NCBI RefSeq assembly: GCF_006345805.1
Contig: NC_043008.1
Span: forward strand, 74,772,001 to 74,836,000
DNA from: Octopus sinensis
Lineage: Eukaryota
DNA: 64,000 nt
Direction of reading: 5' to 3'
Notes under the pieces: generated by a model
What the model saw: the letters and a program-made list of their open reading frames with translations, nothing else
Told to the model about the DNA's origin: nothing
Database searches by the model: none
Part shown: positions 22,949-33,630 of the stretch, one piece after another
Position numbering within the stretch: position 1 is the stretch's first letter
Layout: each line of letters starts with the position of its first letter
Translations under genes and position numbers: made by a program

Positions 22949-24127
22949 TTAGGTTGTCCAAAAAGTTCTGAGCGTTTTTAAGCTAAATCTTTTAATACTT
23001 CGTAACACAGTTAAAACTTTGGCATTGTATTTACCTTTCATTCTGGTTACCCTTTATTGACATTTGAATTGAATAAGCAAAAATTTCATATTTGCATAGT
23101 AATGCTTTTCTTTTTTTAAAAAGGGAGAAAATGTTGCAAAGACTTGCAAAAACATTTGTGAAGTTTATGGTGATGATGCTGAAGAGTTTAGCTTGGAAGA
23201 TGACAATCACAGTGGAACACATTCAAGATTGGATGATGTTTTGAAGGCAAAAATCAAAGAAAACTCAAATATCACGACTTGTGAACTTGCACAGGAGTTG
23301 GAAGTTTCTAAAAGTACGACTCATGAACACCTAATGAAGCTAGGATACATTCCTCGCTATAACATATGGGTCCCTCACAAACTCTCAGAAAAGAATTGAT
23401 TGGACTGGTATTCTGTTTGTGATATGCTTTTGAAACAGAATGAAAGCATTTTTTTTTTCTAAAAAAGCTTGTGATGAGAGATGAAAAATAGATTGTGTAC
23501 AAAAACATAGCATGAAAAAGATCTTGGAGTTTGCATAAGGATCCTCCAAAAACAGCAACCAAAAATGAATGTCCATGTGAAAAAAGCTATGCTTTATGTT
23601 TGGTGGCATCATAGAGGTGTTATTTATAATGAGCTTCTCCCACAAAACCAGACCATTAATTCTGATGTCTACTGTTGTCAGCTGGCTAATTTGAACCTAA
23701 AAATCAAAGAACTGAGGCCGGAGATTGCCAACAGGAGAGTGGTAGTGTTCCAACAACACAATGTCCAACCACATGTGTCTTTGGCTACCTGAACAAAGTC
23801 ACGTAAACTTGGCTGGAATCTCTTACTGCAACCACCGTATTCTCCTGATATTGTACCATCTGACTATCACTTGTTTTTGTCCCTACACGACTCAGTGCAA
23901 GGAAAAGCATTTAACAATTTAGATGGAGTCAAAATGCATCTAGATAACTTTTTTCTTCAAAACCAGTCAAATTTTATGCTGATGGAACATTTAAATTGCC
24001 TGATAGATGGGCAAAGGTCATTAATAATAATGAAAATTATTTCATTGAATATAATTTATTGAAAAGTCAATTATTTATATCCCATTTTGCATATTAAAAA
24101 ATACTCAGAACTTTCCAGACGACTTAA
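22949..24127 (+). mobile_element. mariner (DD34D) transposon, near full length, pseudogenised
   Basis: TA-flanked ~30-bp TIRs (TTAGGTTGTCCAAAAAGTTCTGAGCGTTTT / AAAATACTCAGAACTTTCCAGACGACTTAA). Motifs WVPHKLSEKN, DEK.IVY, QQHNVQPH and YSPDIVPSDYHLF. The HTH region is internally deleted. Confidence 0.93.
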
Positions 24128-24401
24128 TAAATTATTGACACAGATGCAGTCAACTCAGTATATCATTGGTATTCAAGTTATTGACAAAGGTGTATCCAGT
24201 CTTCCACTATTACTGATTTCTGTGTAATTGCGGATAAAGAATTAAACACAGGTTCAACTATGATTTGACCCAAAGTGAACATAAAATTTGAAAAATTCTA
24301 AATAAAAAGGGTAACCAAAGATATAACAATTGTTCAGAACATTCACATACAAGCAAACACGATGAATATATATATATATATACATATATATATTTTATCA
24401 T

Positions 24402-25230
24402 CATCATCATCATCATTTAATGTCTGTTTTCCATGCTGGTATGGGCTGGACAGCTTGACAAGTGACTGGTAAGGCCAGGAGCTGCACCAGGTTCTGTATT
24501 CTGTTTTAGCTTGGCTTTTGGGGCTAGACGCCTTTCCTAATGCCAACCATTTTACAGAGTGTACTTGGTGCTTTTTATGCATCACTATAACCATTGCATT
24601 TTATGTATCACCATCACTAGTGCTTTTTATGCGGCACCAGGACCACTGCTTTTTATGGGGCACCAGCATCCACACCAATGATTTTTATGTGTCACCTTGG
24701 TTTTGTGATCTTAGTTCTGTTGTGGTGGGCAGGTCTTCTTGAGTACAGCAATGTGCCACATTTCTTGGTCCTTTCTCATATCCTTGAGATTGGCCTTCAG
24801 TATTTCATTCCATGTCTTCCTGGGTTTCTGTTTTCCACAATTTCCCTCCATTCTAAGTAATCAGTACTTCTTTATGCAACTGTCCTCATTCATCTGCATC
24901 ACATGACCAAACCAGGGCAGTCTCCTCTCTTGCACACTGCATATAATTCCTCTTATGCTTAGCTTCTGTCTCAATTCACCAATACTCTGTCAGACATGCA
25001 CACTGACATCACATGTCCAGGAAAGCATATCAGCTTCTTTCCTCTTCAGCCCATATCTTACTACTGTGCAACATCACAGTTCATACACATGCATCATACA
25101 ATCTTCCCTTCACTTGCCAACAGAGGTAAAAGCTCTCTGAATTCACTCCATCTTACACTTGTAGCAATCACACTTTCTGTACAACCTTCTCAACTTTTAA
25201 TTACGTCACATAGGTAGCAAAAGATACCTA
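24402..25230 (-). mobile_element. RTE LINE 3' portion, older copy
   Basis: (CAT)n tail and 3' UTR, then ORF remnant (VQERRLPWFGHVMQMNEDSCIK). Confidence 0.75.
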
Positions 25231-25384
25231 CAACTTCCAGTGAGCTACTAGAACATTTAAAGAAATCAGTTTTCCATGCATCTGAGGTCTTTATGGCTCT
25301 CATACATCTTCCACATATGAACACTACTCTCTCTTTTAATTTTCCAACTATTCCACTGCACCTCATGTGTGTCCATAGCTTGCA

Positions 25385-25421
<37 letters not shown>

Positions 25422-25433
25422 TATATATATTAT

Positions 25434-28340
25434 CATCATCATCATCGTTTTACGTCTGCTTTCCATGCCAGCATGGATTGCACGGTTTGACTGAGGACTG
25501 GTGAGCCAGAGGCTGCACCTGGCTCCATCTGATCTGACAAAGTTTCAACAGCTGGATGCCCTTCCTAATGCCAACCACTCCGAGAGTGTAGTGGGTGCTT
25601 TTATGTGCCACTAACATGAGGGCCAGTCAGGCAGTTCTGACAATGACCACACTTAAAAAGTGTTTTTACAAGCTACCTGCATGGGAGCCAGTCTGGTGGT
25701 ACTGGCAACAACTATGCTCGAATGTTGTTTTTCACGTGTCACCAGCACATGTGCTGGTAAAGCGATGCTGGCAATGATTATGCTCGAATGGTGCTTTTCA
25801 TGCATCACCAGCATGAGAGCCAATCTATGGCCCTGGCAATGATCATGCTTGGATGTGCTTTTAACATTCCACTGGCACAAGTGCCAATCAGGCAGTACTG
25901 TCATCGGCCACGACAGCAATTTTGATTTGTTTACACTTGCCTCAATAGATCTTCACAGGCAAAGTTCATTGTCCAATGAATGAGTGGTACTCATATGTGG
26001 GCCTGTTACACCCCACGTTTAGATGTGCTTTTAATGTTCCACTGGCATGAGTGCCAATCAGGTGGTACTGTCATCAGCTACGTCAGCAATTTTGATTTTG
26101 ATTTCACTTGCCCCAATAGGTCTTCACAAGCAAGGTTTATTGTCCAATGAATGAGGGCTATTCATAAATGGGCTGGTTACACCTACTGGTATAGGCCATG
26201 GGCTATGGTCTCACTTGGCTTGTTGGGTCTTCTCAAGCACAGCATATCTCCAAAGGTCTCGGTCACTAGTCATTGCCTCGGTAAGGCCCAATGTTCGAAG
26301 GTTGTGCTTCACCACCTCGTCCCAAGTTTTCCTGGTTCTACCTCTTCCACAGGTTCCCTCAACTGCTAGGATGTGACACTTTTTCACACTGCTGTTCTCA
26401 ATCATTTACAACATATGACCATACCAGCGTAGTCATCTCTCTTGCACACCACATCTGATGCTTTTTAAATCCAACTTTTCTCTCACGGTGCTTACACTCT
26501 GTCGTGTATGCACACTGACATTACACATCCAGTGGAGCATACTTGCTTCATTCCTTGCAAGCTTATGCATGTCTTCAGCAGTCACAGCCCATGTTTCAGT
26601 GTCATGTAGCATGGCTGTTTGCACACATGTGTCATATAGACTACCTTTTACTCTGAGCAAGAGGCCCTTTGTCACCAGTAGAGGTAGGACTCTCTGAATT
26701 TTGCCCAGGCTATTCTTATTCTAGCAGCTACACTTTCAGAGCATTCACCCCTGCTACTGACTTGGTCACCTAGGTAACAGAAGCTATCAACTACTTCTAG
26801 TTTTTCTCCCTGGAATGTGACACAAGCTGTTCTCTGCACATTTTTAGAGTTGATAGCACCTGTGCATCTGCCACATACAAAAACTATCTTCCCAGTTAGC
26901 CTCCCTTTGATATTGCTGCACCTCTTATGTGTCCATAGCTTACACTGGATACATCTTTTGGAGTTTCTACCCACCCCTTTTCTACAGATCGAGCAGGGCC
27001 ATCTACCTGAAGGGATTTGTGGTTTGTCTGCCTTCCTAATTATTAAGACTTTAGTTTTAGCTACGTTGACTCTAAGGTCCTTCGATTCTAATCCTTGCTT
27101 CCACACCTGAAACTTTTCCTCTAGTTCTGATAGTGACTCAGCAATTAGAACAAGGTCATGAGCATAGAGGAGCTCCCAGGGGCATCCTTTCTTGAATTCC
27201 TCTGTTATTGCCTGGAAGACTATGATGAATTAGAGGGGGCTGAGGACTGATCCTTGGTAGACCTCTACCCCTACTCGGAATTCTTCACTGTACTTCTTGC
27301 AAACCCTCATCTTACTGACAACATCCTTGTATATGGCTTTCACAGCTCTCACTAACCATTCATCTATCCCTAGTTTCTTCACTGGCCACCAGATAAGGGA
27401 TCGGGAGACCCTGTCAAAGGCTATCTCCATATCAACAAAAGCTAGGTACAGAGGTTTATCTTTGGCTAGGTATTTCTCTTGCAGCTGTCTTACCAGAAAT
27501 ATAGCATCAGTGGTGCTTTTCCCTGGCACGAACCCAAACTGTATCTCATCTAGACTGACTCTCTCCCTAACTAGTTGGGTTATGACCCTCTCCGTGACCT
27601 TCATTACCTGATCCAACAACCTGATACTTCTGTAATTATTTGTATCTAATGCATCACCTTTACCTTTGTAGCAGTTGACTATGGTGCTGCTACACTAGTC
27701 ATTGGGCATGACTCCTTCATGTATCACCTGGTTGACTATACAGGTGACTAGGCTATAACCAACACTGCCAGATATTTTGAGCATCTCTGTGGTAATTCCT
27801 GATGGGCTGGGTGCTTTCCTTGTCTTCATACCCTTAATTGCTTTATCTACCAAGGTACTGTCAATTCAGATAGCTGGTCCCTCTGTTGGGTTGACATTCA
27901 GCAAACTTTTTATCTCCCATTCAATCTCTTTTTTGAGCAACCTTTCATAGTGGCATCTCCAAACCTCTCTCGTTGCACCTTCGTTTAGTGCAAGTGAACA
28001 TCATCCATGTGAACACATTTATCTCCTACGATATCATGATTCTCTCTCACACACAGTCTTGTAACACAAAATACCTCAAGTTTTTGCTCCTCACAGCGCA
28101 GAACATTGGCAAATGTTTTCTTATCTGCTTCCCCTCTAGTTAAATAAACCTGTCTCCTAGCTTCCCTTCTGGCAGTCTGATAAATTCCCTGCTACCACCG
28201 TTCTTCCAGTCCTTCCAAGCCTGTTTCTTTTCCCTAATAGCTTGTCAATAACATTGTTCCACCACCACGTTACCTTGGGTTGAGAGGGGAGTTTGCAATA
28301 TCCACAGATCTTGTCAGTGACCTTCAGCAAGTTGTCCCAT
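25434..28340 (-). mobile_element. RTE-clade LINE, 5'-truncated, with RT and an internal Cys-rich finger
   Basis: QFGFVPGKSTTDAIFLVRQLQEKY...AFVDMEIAFDRV; YQGSVLSPL; LLYAHDL; FCYLGD; RIRIAWAKFRE; GRGRTRKTWDEVV; (GAT)n tail at 25434. Confidence 0.95.
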
Positions 28341-28476
28341 AGAAACCTCCAGTTGTCTTAGCTGTAGAAACACTGCCAGATCAGACTGGAGCCTGGTGCA
28401 GCCTCCTGGCTTCCCAGACCCCAGTTTAACCATCCAACCCATGCTAGCATGGAAAACGGACGTATGATGATGATGA
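28341..28476 (+). mobile_element. RTE 3'-tail copy, opposite orientation
   Basis: AGCTGTAGAAACACTGCCAGATCAGACTGGAGCC...CCAACCCATGCTAGCATGGAAAACGGACGT-(ATG)n. Confidence 0.8.
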
Positions 28477-28606
28477 TATCAATCTAAGAATCCATAAACT
28501 AGAAAAAAATATGCACTTATATATTTATCAATAGAGTGGGTATATTAATTGAAGTGTACAACATTATATATCCATCATGGCTAATCTTATTATGCAGTTT
28601 TGAAGT

Positions 28607-28771
28607 GGGGTTTTTAACCAGATATGAGATAACTGCCAGTTATATAACCCTGCACTCATCAGAGTTGGCAGTTATGGAACAAAAGTCTTTTTTTCACCTT
28701 CCGTAACTATCAACTCTAATGAGTGCAGGGTTACGTAATTGGGCTATTATCTAACATCCACTTAAAGCCCC
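28607..28771. mobile_element. ~165-bp foldback / MITE-like element
   Basis: ~74-bp imperfect inverted arms (core TAACCCTGCACTCATCAGAGTTG versus CAACTCTAATGAGTGCAGGGTTA) around a ~17-bp spacer. Confidence 0.75.
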
Positions 28772-30103
28772 GGGCAAAACCGATTGGCAAGATCATCCAT
28801 AATGGACATATAATACTGTACACGTCAATTGATGTGCGCGTGTGTGCGTGCATACATGTGTGTGTATAGTATGCATGTTTATATGTGTATTACACTTAGT
28901 TTAAGTGTATTTATCAGTCCAATAATATATGATAAGTATAACAGATTCATAAACCATAGCACAATAATATTATAGAAAATTACTAACAAATAGCCTTTTA
29001 AAAATTAATCGTAGTTTTTATGACACCAGCCAGTTTCAATAAAAATCCATTGTATTTCCCCACCTTGGAACTTACATTTATATTAAGACATTAACTTTGA
29101 TTGAACATTAGTGCAGGAAGTTAAATACGTTCTTGGAATAATTTGGCCTCATTAAGGGAAAGAAAGAGAAAAAGGACTAAGATATTACAATAACTTTTAT
29201 AGGTTGGGAAGTTAAGCTAACAATTAATGTTTCATATATTATTTCCTTGTCATAAGTAGAGGTGACACACACATGTACATATACATATGCACAGACACAT
29301 ACACACACTTTATGTTTCTTTAGTCTAAGGTGGGGGATGAAGATAACAAAAAAATGTAAAACATTGAAAAAATGTTAAAATATGAAGAAATTTTGCTTAC
29401 AGGTTTTTAACTAAAATAAAATAAAATATCAAATTGTCATTCTTTTATTAACTTGCTAGTCTTGGTTTAGGAGAAGTAATCTACACTTTAACATAAATTA
29501 GTTTGTAAATTAGATGAAAATTATTTTTATACAATTCCTTGTCAATACTCATTAATACCATAATGAATTCTGAATTATGTCCTTGTATTTTATTCTCAAT
29601 ACAAACACCTGCTTCATATACATTCTTAAAAATTGTATGTGTTTATATATATATATAAATTTACAGAATGGGATAAAAATTGAAGGCTGTGAGAAATTTC
29701 AGAACATTTATAAATAGAAGGTCTTACAGCTGTTTCTGGGATATTTTATACATCCCTTCATTGGAGACAGTGTGAGAGAATGGTTAAGCAATAGTTATTC
29801 TAGATAGGGTATGAAATAGAGAATGAAGTGGAGGAACAAAAATAGACGTGAGATATGCAGAGATATTGTATCTGCAGTTCCATTATTTAGGCAGAATATA
29901 TACATACACACACACACATATATATATGTACACACATACATACATATATGATTGTTTCCAGAGGGATATGTTAGTATGTCATAACGTTGATGCATTTCCT
30001 TAGCATTAGAAGAAAAACTCACTGACCATAAGAACCAATACATGAAATGTGTAATAAATTTTCATTATTGAATACTTCTGTTCATTAATGGCATGATTAT
30101 TTA

Positions 30104-30330
30104 AGGTGGTGAGCTGGTAGAATTGTAAACACACTAGGCAAAATACTTAGTGGCATTTTGTCCATTTCTATGTTCTGAGTTCAAATTCTACTCATGTTGA
30201 CTTTACCTTTCATCCTTTTGGGATCAATAAAATAAGGACCAGTTGAGTAGTGGAGTTGATGTAATTGACTTATCTGCTTCCTTGAAGTTTCTGGCTTTGA
30301 GCCAAAATTTGGAACTAATGACTTCATTAT
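30104..30330 (+). mobile_element. SINE family C
   Basis: GGTGGTGAGCTGGTAGAAT...GTTCTGAGTTCAAATTC...TTGACTTTACCTTTCATCCTTT.GGG.TCAATAAAATAAG.ACCAG. Confidence 0.8.
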
Positions 30331-31399
30331 TGAATATGCAGTGATCACATGCATGCAAAAAGGTAGACTCACTGCTGTCACGTATTATTTTAGCTAATCA
30401 GTGACAAATTGTCTATTGAACCTCCTTCTGTAAGCAGAAGTAAGCTAGTGCTTGAGCTGACTATCTGAGTAGTCACTGGCAATTTTAGAAAGCTTCTTAT
30501 CTGGCATCCTTCCTTTTTTTGGAAGATGTTAGTTTTAGTATAGCATCTATAGAATAATTTTCCTCAATTTAAATACATGTAAGTTTATCAAATTTTTCTC
30601 ATTATTGATAGACATTTATCTTCTACATGTTTCACTCTATGATAATAATTATTCCTTTGTCATCAACATTTACATACATTATCCAAATGTAAACACTGAA
30701 ATATGTAGAATATATTAAAATTAAAAAAAGCTTAACCTCAGTCATTACCACAAAGTTTATTGACTTTGCCTTACATGACTTTCAGGCTCAGCTGAAATGT
30801 ACCTTTGCAAAGTTATGGATTTGTACTTGAATTTAAAATTTCAGGGTGGTATTTCAGGATAACTGACTTCAAGAACATGTTGAGAAAGAAGCAGGGTGGG
30901 ACACAAGGCTAGACACCTTGCCTGCAATATTCAAATTGCTAAAGGAATGATGTGTTGTCTCAACCAGTCATTAACAAGGCAGTGAGGAGATGATGCATCT
31001 ACTGATGCATATATGATTGCGGGTGGAGGTCAATCCAAGCTAGAGCTAAAAGAACTCTTAGCTCTTGCCAAAGTAGATCTTCAGTGTGAAGAACATTACA
31101 AGAATGCCCATCTGGAATGCCTGTACACTGTTTTAAAGTTGAGGGTTGGATGGAACAGCTGAAACAAGAGATGGTACCCTAGCTAATTGACATCTTGAGT
31201 ATGAACAAGACATGTCAGACAGGCCAGAGGCACACTACCAGTAAAGGTAAGACAGTCCTATACTCTAGCCAGGAAGAACATTCGTATTCAAGAAGTTGGC
31301 ATAATCATCATGTAGCTAATTGAAGAATCAAATCCAAGAGTTCACAGAAATTTCTCTTCATAGTACTGTAACCTGCAGTGGTTGATCCCAGTCCTCTGT

Positions 31400-32250
31400 T
31401 CAGTCATGGCATAAGCAGTAATAATTCTACATGCTGAGTTTCAGTAGATTTTAACCATCTGTTTGGTGCTATGGTCTTTTCTAGAATAAGTTATATTTGT
31501 ATGTATCTGTGAGCTTTCTGCAGAGCTGCACTGTGGTCACAATGCATTACAGAAGATGATGGAAGACTTTGGGTAAAAGATAAATGTGTGCAAAGTGGGC
31601 AAAAAGATAAGTAGAGAAGTCTATTGTAATCTGTTGGAAGCATTTGAAACAAACAAAGACGAGTTTTCTTTTGATTTGGTGACAGGAAATATTATTTGGA
31701 TCTGGAATCGAAGGTTCAATCTATAGGAGTGTTACATCTCTTCTCCAAGGCCTAAGAAGTTCAAAAGCTAGCATTAATCAGTACAGAAAGTCATGTGACT
31801 GTCTCTTGGGATGACATGTGTCATTCTCCACGATTTTCTGGAATGTGGCTGCCCTGTGAACCGCAACTAGTATATTGAGACACTCAGATAGCTTAGAGAA
31901 GATACTGAAAGAAAGAGAACAAATAAGAATTTGAAAACAACAGACATTCATCATAATAACGCACGACCATACGGTGTTTGGCAATAAATCACTCTGCAAA
32001 TGTAGCTGACCAGTAGTACGCCAATCCACTGTGCAGCCGAGATCTGGTACACTCCGGTTTTCCTCTGCTCAGTCCAATGAGGGACATTGTTCGGGGACAA
32101 AGATTTGATCCCGCAAACAAGGTGAAAGTGGTTGTGAAGAAGTGAGTACAAAAGAGCACAACTGAATTTTTTCAAAGAGGATTCGAAAGATAATGTTCAA
32201 TGTTTATGCAAAAGTATCATTTAAGCTGGAGATACAGTACCTGTATAGTG
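31400..32250 (+). mobile_element. Heavily decayed mariner transposase
   Basis: Residual VTG(D)...SPRPKKFK, KVM.TV.WD...V.L.DFLE, HHNNARP(H), CSRDLVHSG (YSPDLAPSD) and KSII.AGD(Y). Confidence 0.7.
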
Positions 32251-32818
32251 GAACAGTTATTCTACTGACATGGGAAACTGAACGACCTATATCCGTGGAT
32301 AAAAATGTAATGACAACTTTTGTATAACTTTGGGTACGAACCTCGTATAATCTGCTTCATATTAGTATTGTCACAACAAGTTTATATATCGTCCGTTTTA
32401 AAAATGTCCATTGTTGATGACTAATATCTATCTATATCTATTTATCTATCCACGTACACACACATAAATATAAACATAAATGTACTTACACACGTAGGTG
32501 TGTGCAATATAAAACAGGTGGTTGGAAGACGACTTTAAGCCAACAATTGAGTGCAACAAGAACCATAACTCTACATGTTCACTGTTGTCTCTGACAACAT
32601 ATTTGAAATACCTTACTTGACTGAACTTGTTCTAAGTAGAGACAGGACGTACATATGATCAGTGTTTGTTGATGATGTTACCTTAAATTACACCAATACA
32701 CCTGGTACACAGAGCTTAGGCGACACATAATTAGTTTCCCGTTTCAAAACTATACCGTCAATTTCATATTACTTCTTGTTACTAATGAAGATTATGTATC
32801 TTGTTAAATTTCTTCCAG

Positions 32819-32895
32819 CTACTGCAGACTAATTATTGTTATAATAAATAATCCGATTTTAACTGACTTGGAATACTTTCACCGTGATATTCTAG
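32819..32895 (+). other. Candidate 77-nt internal exon of an unidentified transcript
   Basis: Branch-like ACTAAT (32781-86), TTTCTTCCAG acceptor and TAG|GTAAGTAT donor. One frame is open (YCRLIIVIINNPILTDLEYFHRDIL). Confidence 0.35.
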
Positions 32896-32967
32896 GTAAG
32901 TATATAAAATATACGTATTATATATATAATATGCGTATACACACCTGTTATTAGTCATTTGACCGTG

Positions 32968-33006
32968 ATAGTCCAGGTAAGTATATATATATATACTTAC
33001 CTGGAC

Positions 33007-33009
<3 letters not shown>
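32968..33009. repeat. Perfect 42-bp palindrome
   Basis: ATAGTCCAGGTAAGTATATAT|ATATATACTTACCTGGACTAT. Confidence 0.95.
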
Positions 33010-33088
<79 letters not shown>

Positions 33089-33254
33089 ATTGTGTGTATG
33101 TGTGTGCGTACACCTGCTTCCAGGCTATTTTCGAATTTGTTGTTGTTTCATGTTACATCAGAATATTATTGTTTATTGATTGTGTTGTAATGTTGTATGT
33201 TCGTATCACTCTTGTGACAAAATAATGAAATCAATATTCATTATAAAAATAATA

Positions 33255-33630
33255 CAGTTGGATAGGTGACTCGATGAAGCGCCAGGCAAATATTTTGTTC
33301 CTTTTAGTTGTTTACCTTACGTTCTGAGTTCAAATCCTGTTGACGTGAACTTTGTTGTAGATCCTTTCATGAATCTGAAAGTAAGTCTTGCTGCCGCCTA
33401 TTCCCCCGATCTGGCAAAATCGTTTGCACGCCGGTCCAAATGCTTTGCAGCATTTCGTCCATCTTCTTGTTCTGAGTTCAAATTCCGCCGAGGTCGATTT
33501 TGCCATTCATATTTTTAGGGTCGATAAATTAAGTACCAGTGAAACACTTGGGTCGATATATTCGACTAGTCCCCTTACCCCAAATTTCAGGCCTTGTGCC
33601 TTTAGGAGAAAGGATTATTATTATTATTAG
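33255..33630 (+). mobile_element. Two SINE family C copies (partial 33255-33375; younger 33405-33630)
   Basis: GTTCTGAGTTCAAAT(T)CC in both. The second has GCCGAGGTCGATTTTGCC...GGGTCGATAAATTAAGTACCAG and a (TAT)n tail. Confidence 0.85.

Noticed and set aside
28640-28680. Hammerhead in the small foldback (CTGATGAG on the minus strand)
   Set aside because: No GAAA or NUH at the required positions in either arm.
32993-33004. U1 snRNA gene
   Set aside because: Only the first 12 nt (ATACTTACCTGG) match, and there is no U1 body. It is the reverse complement of the adjacent splice donor.
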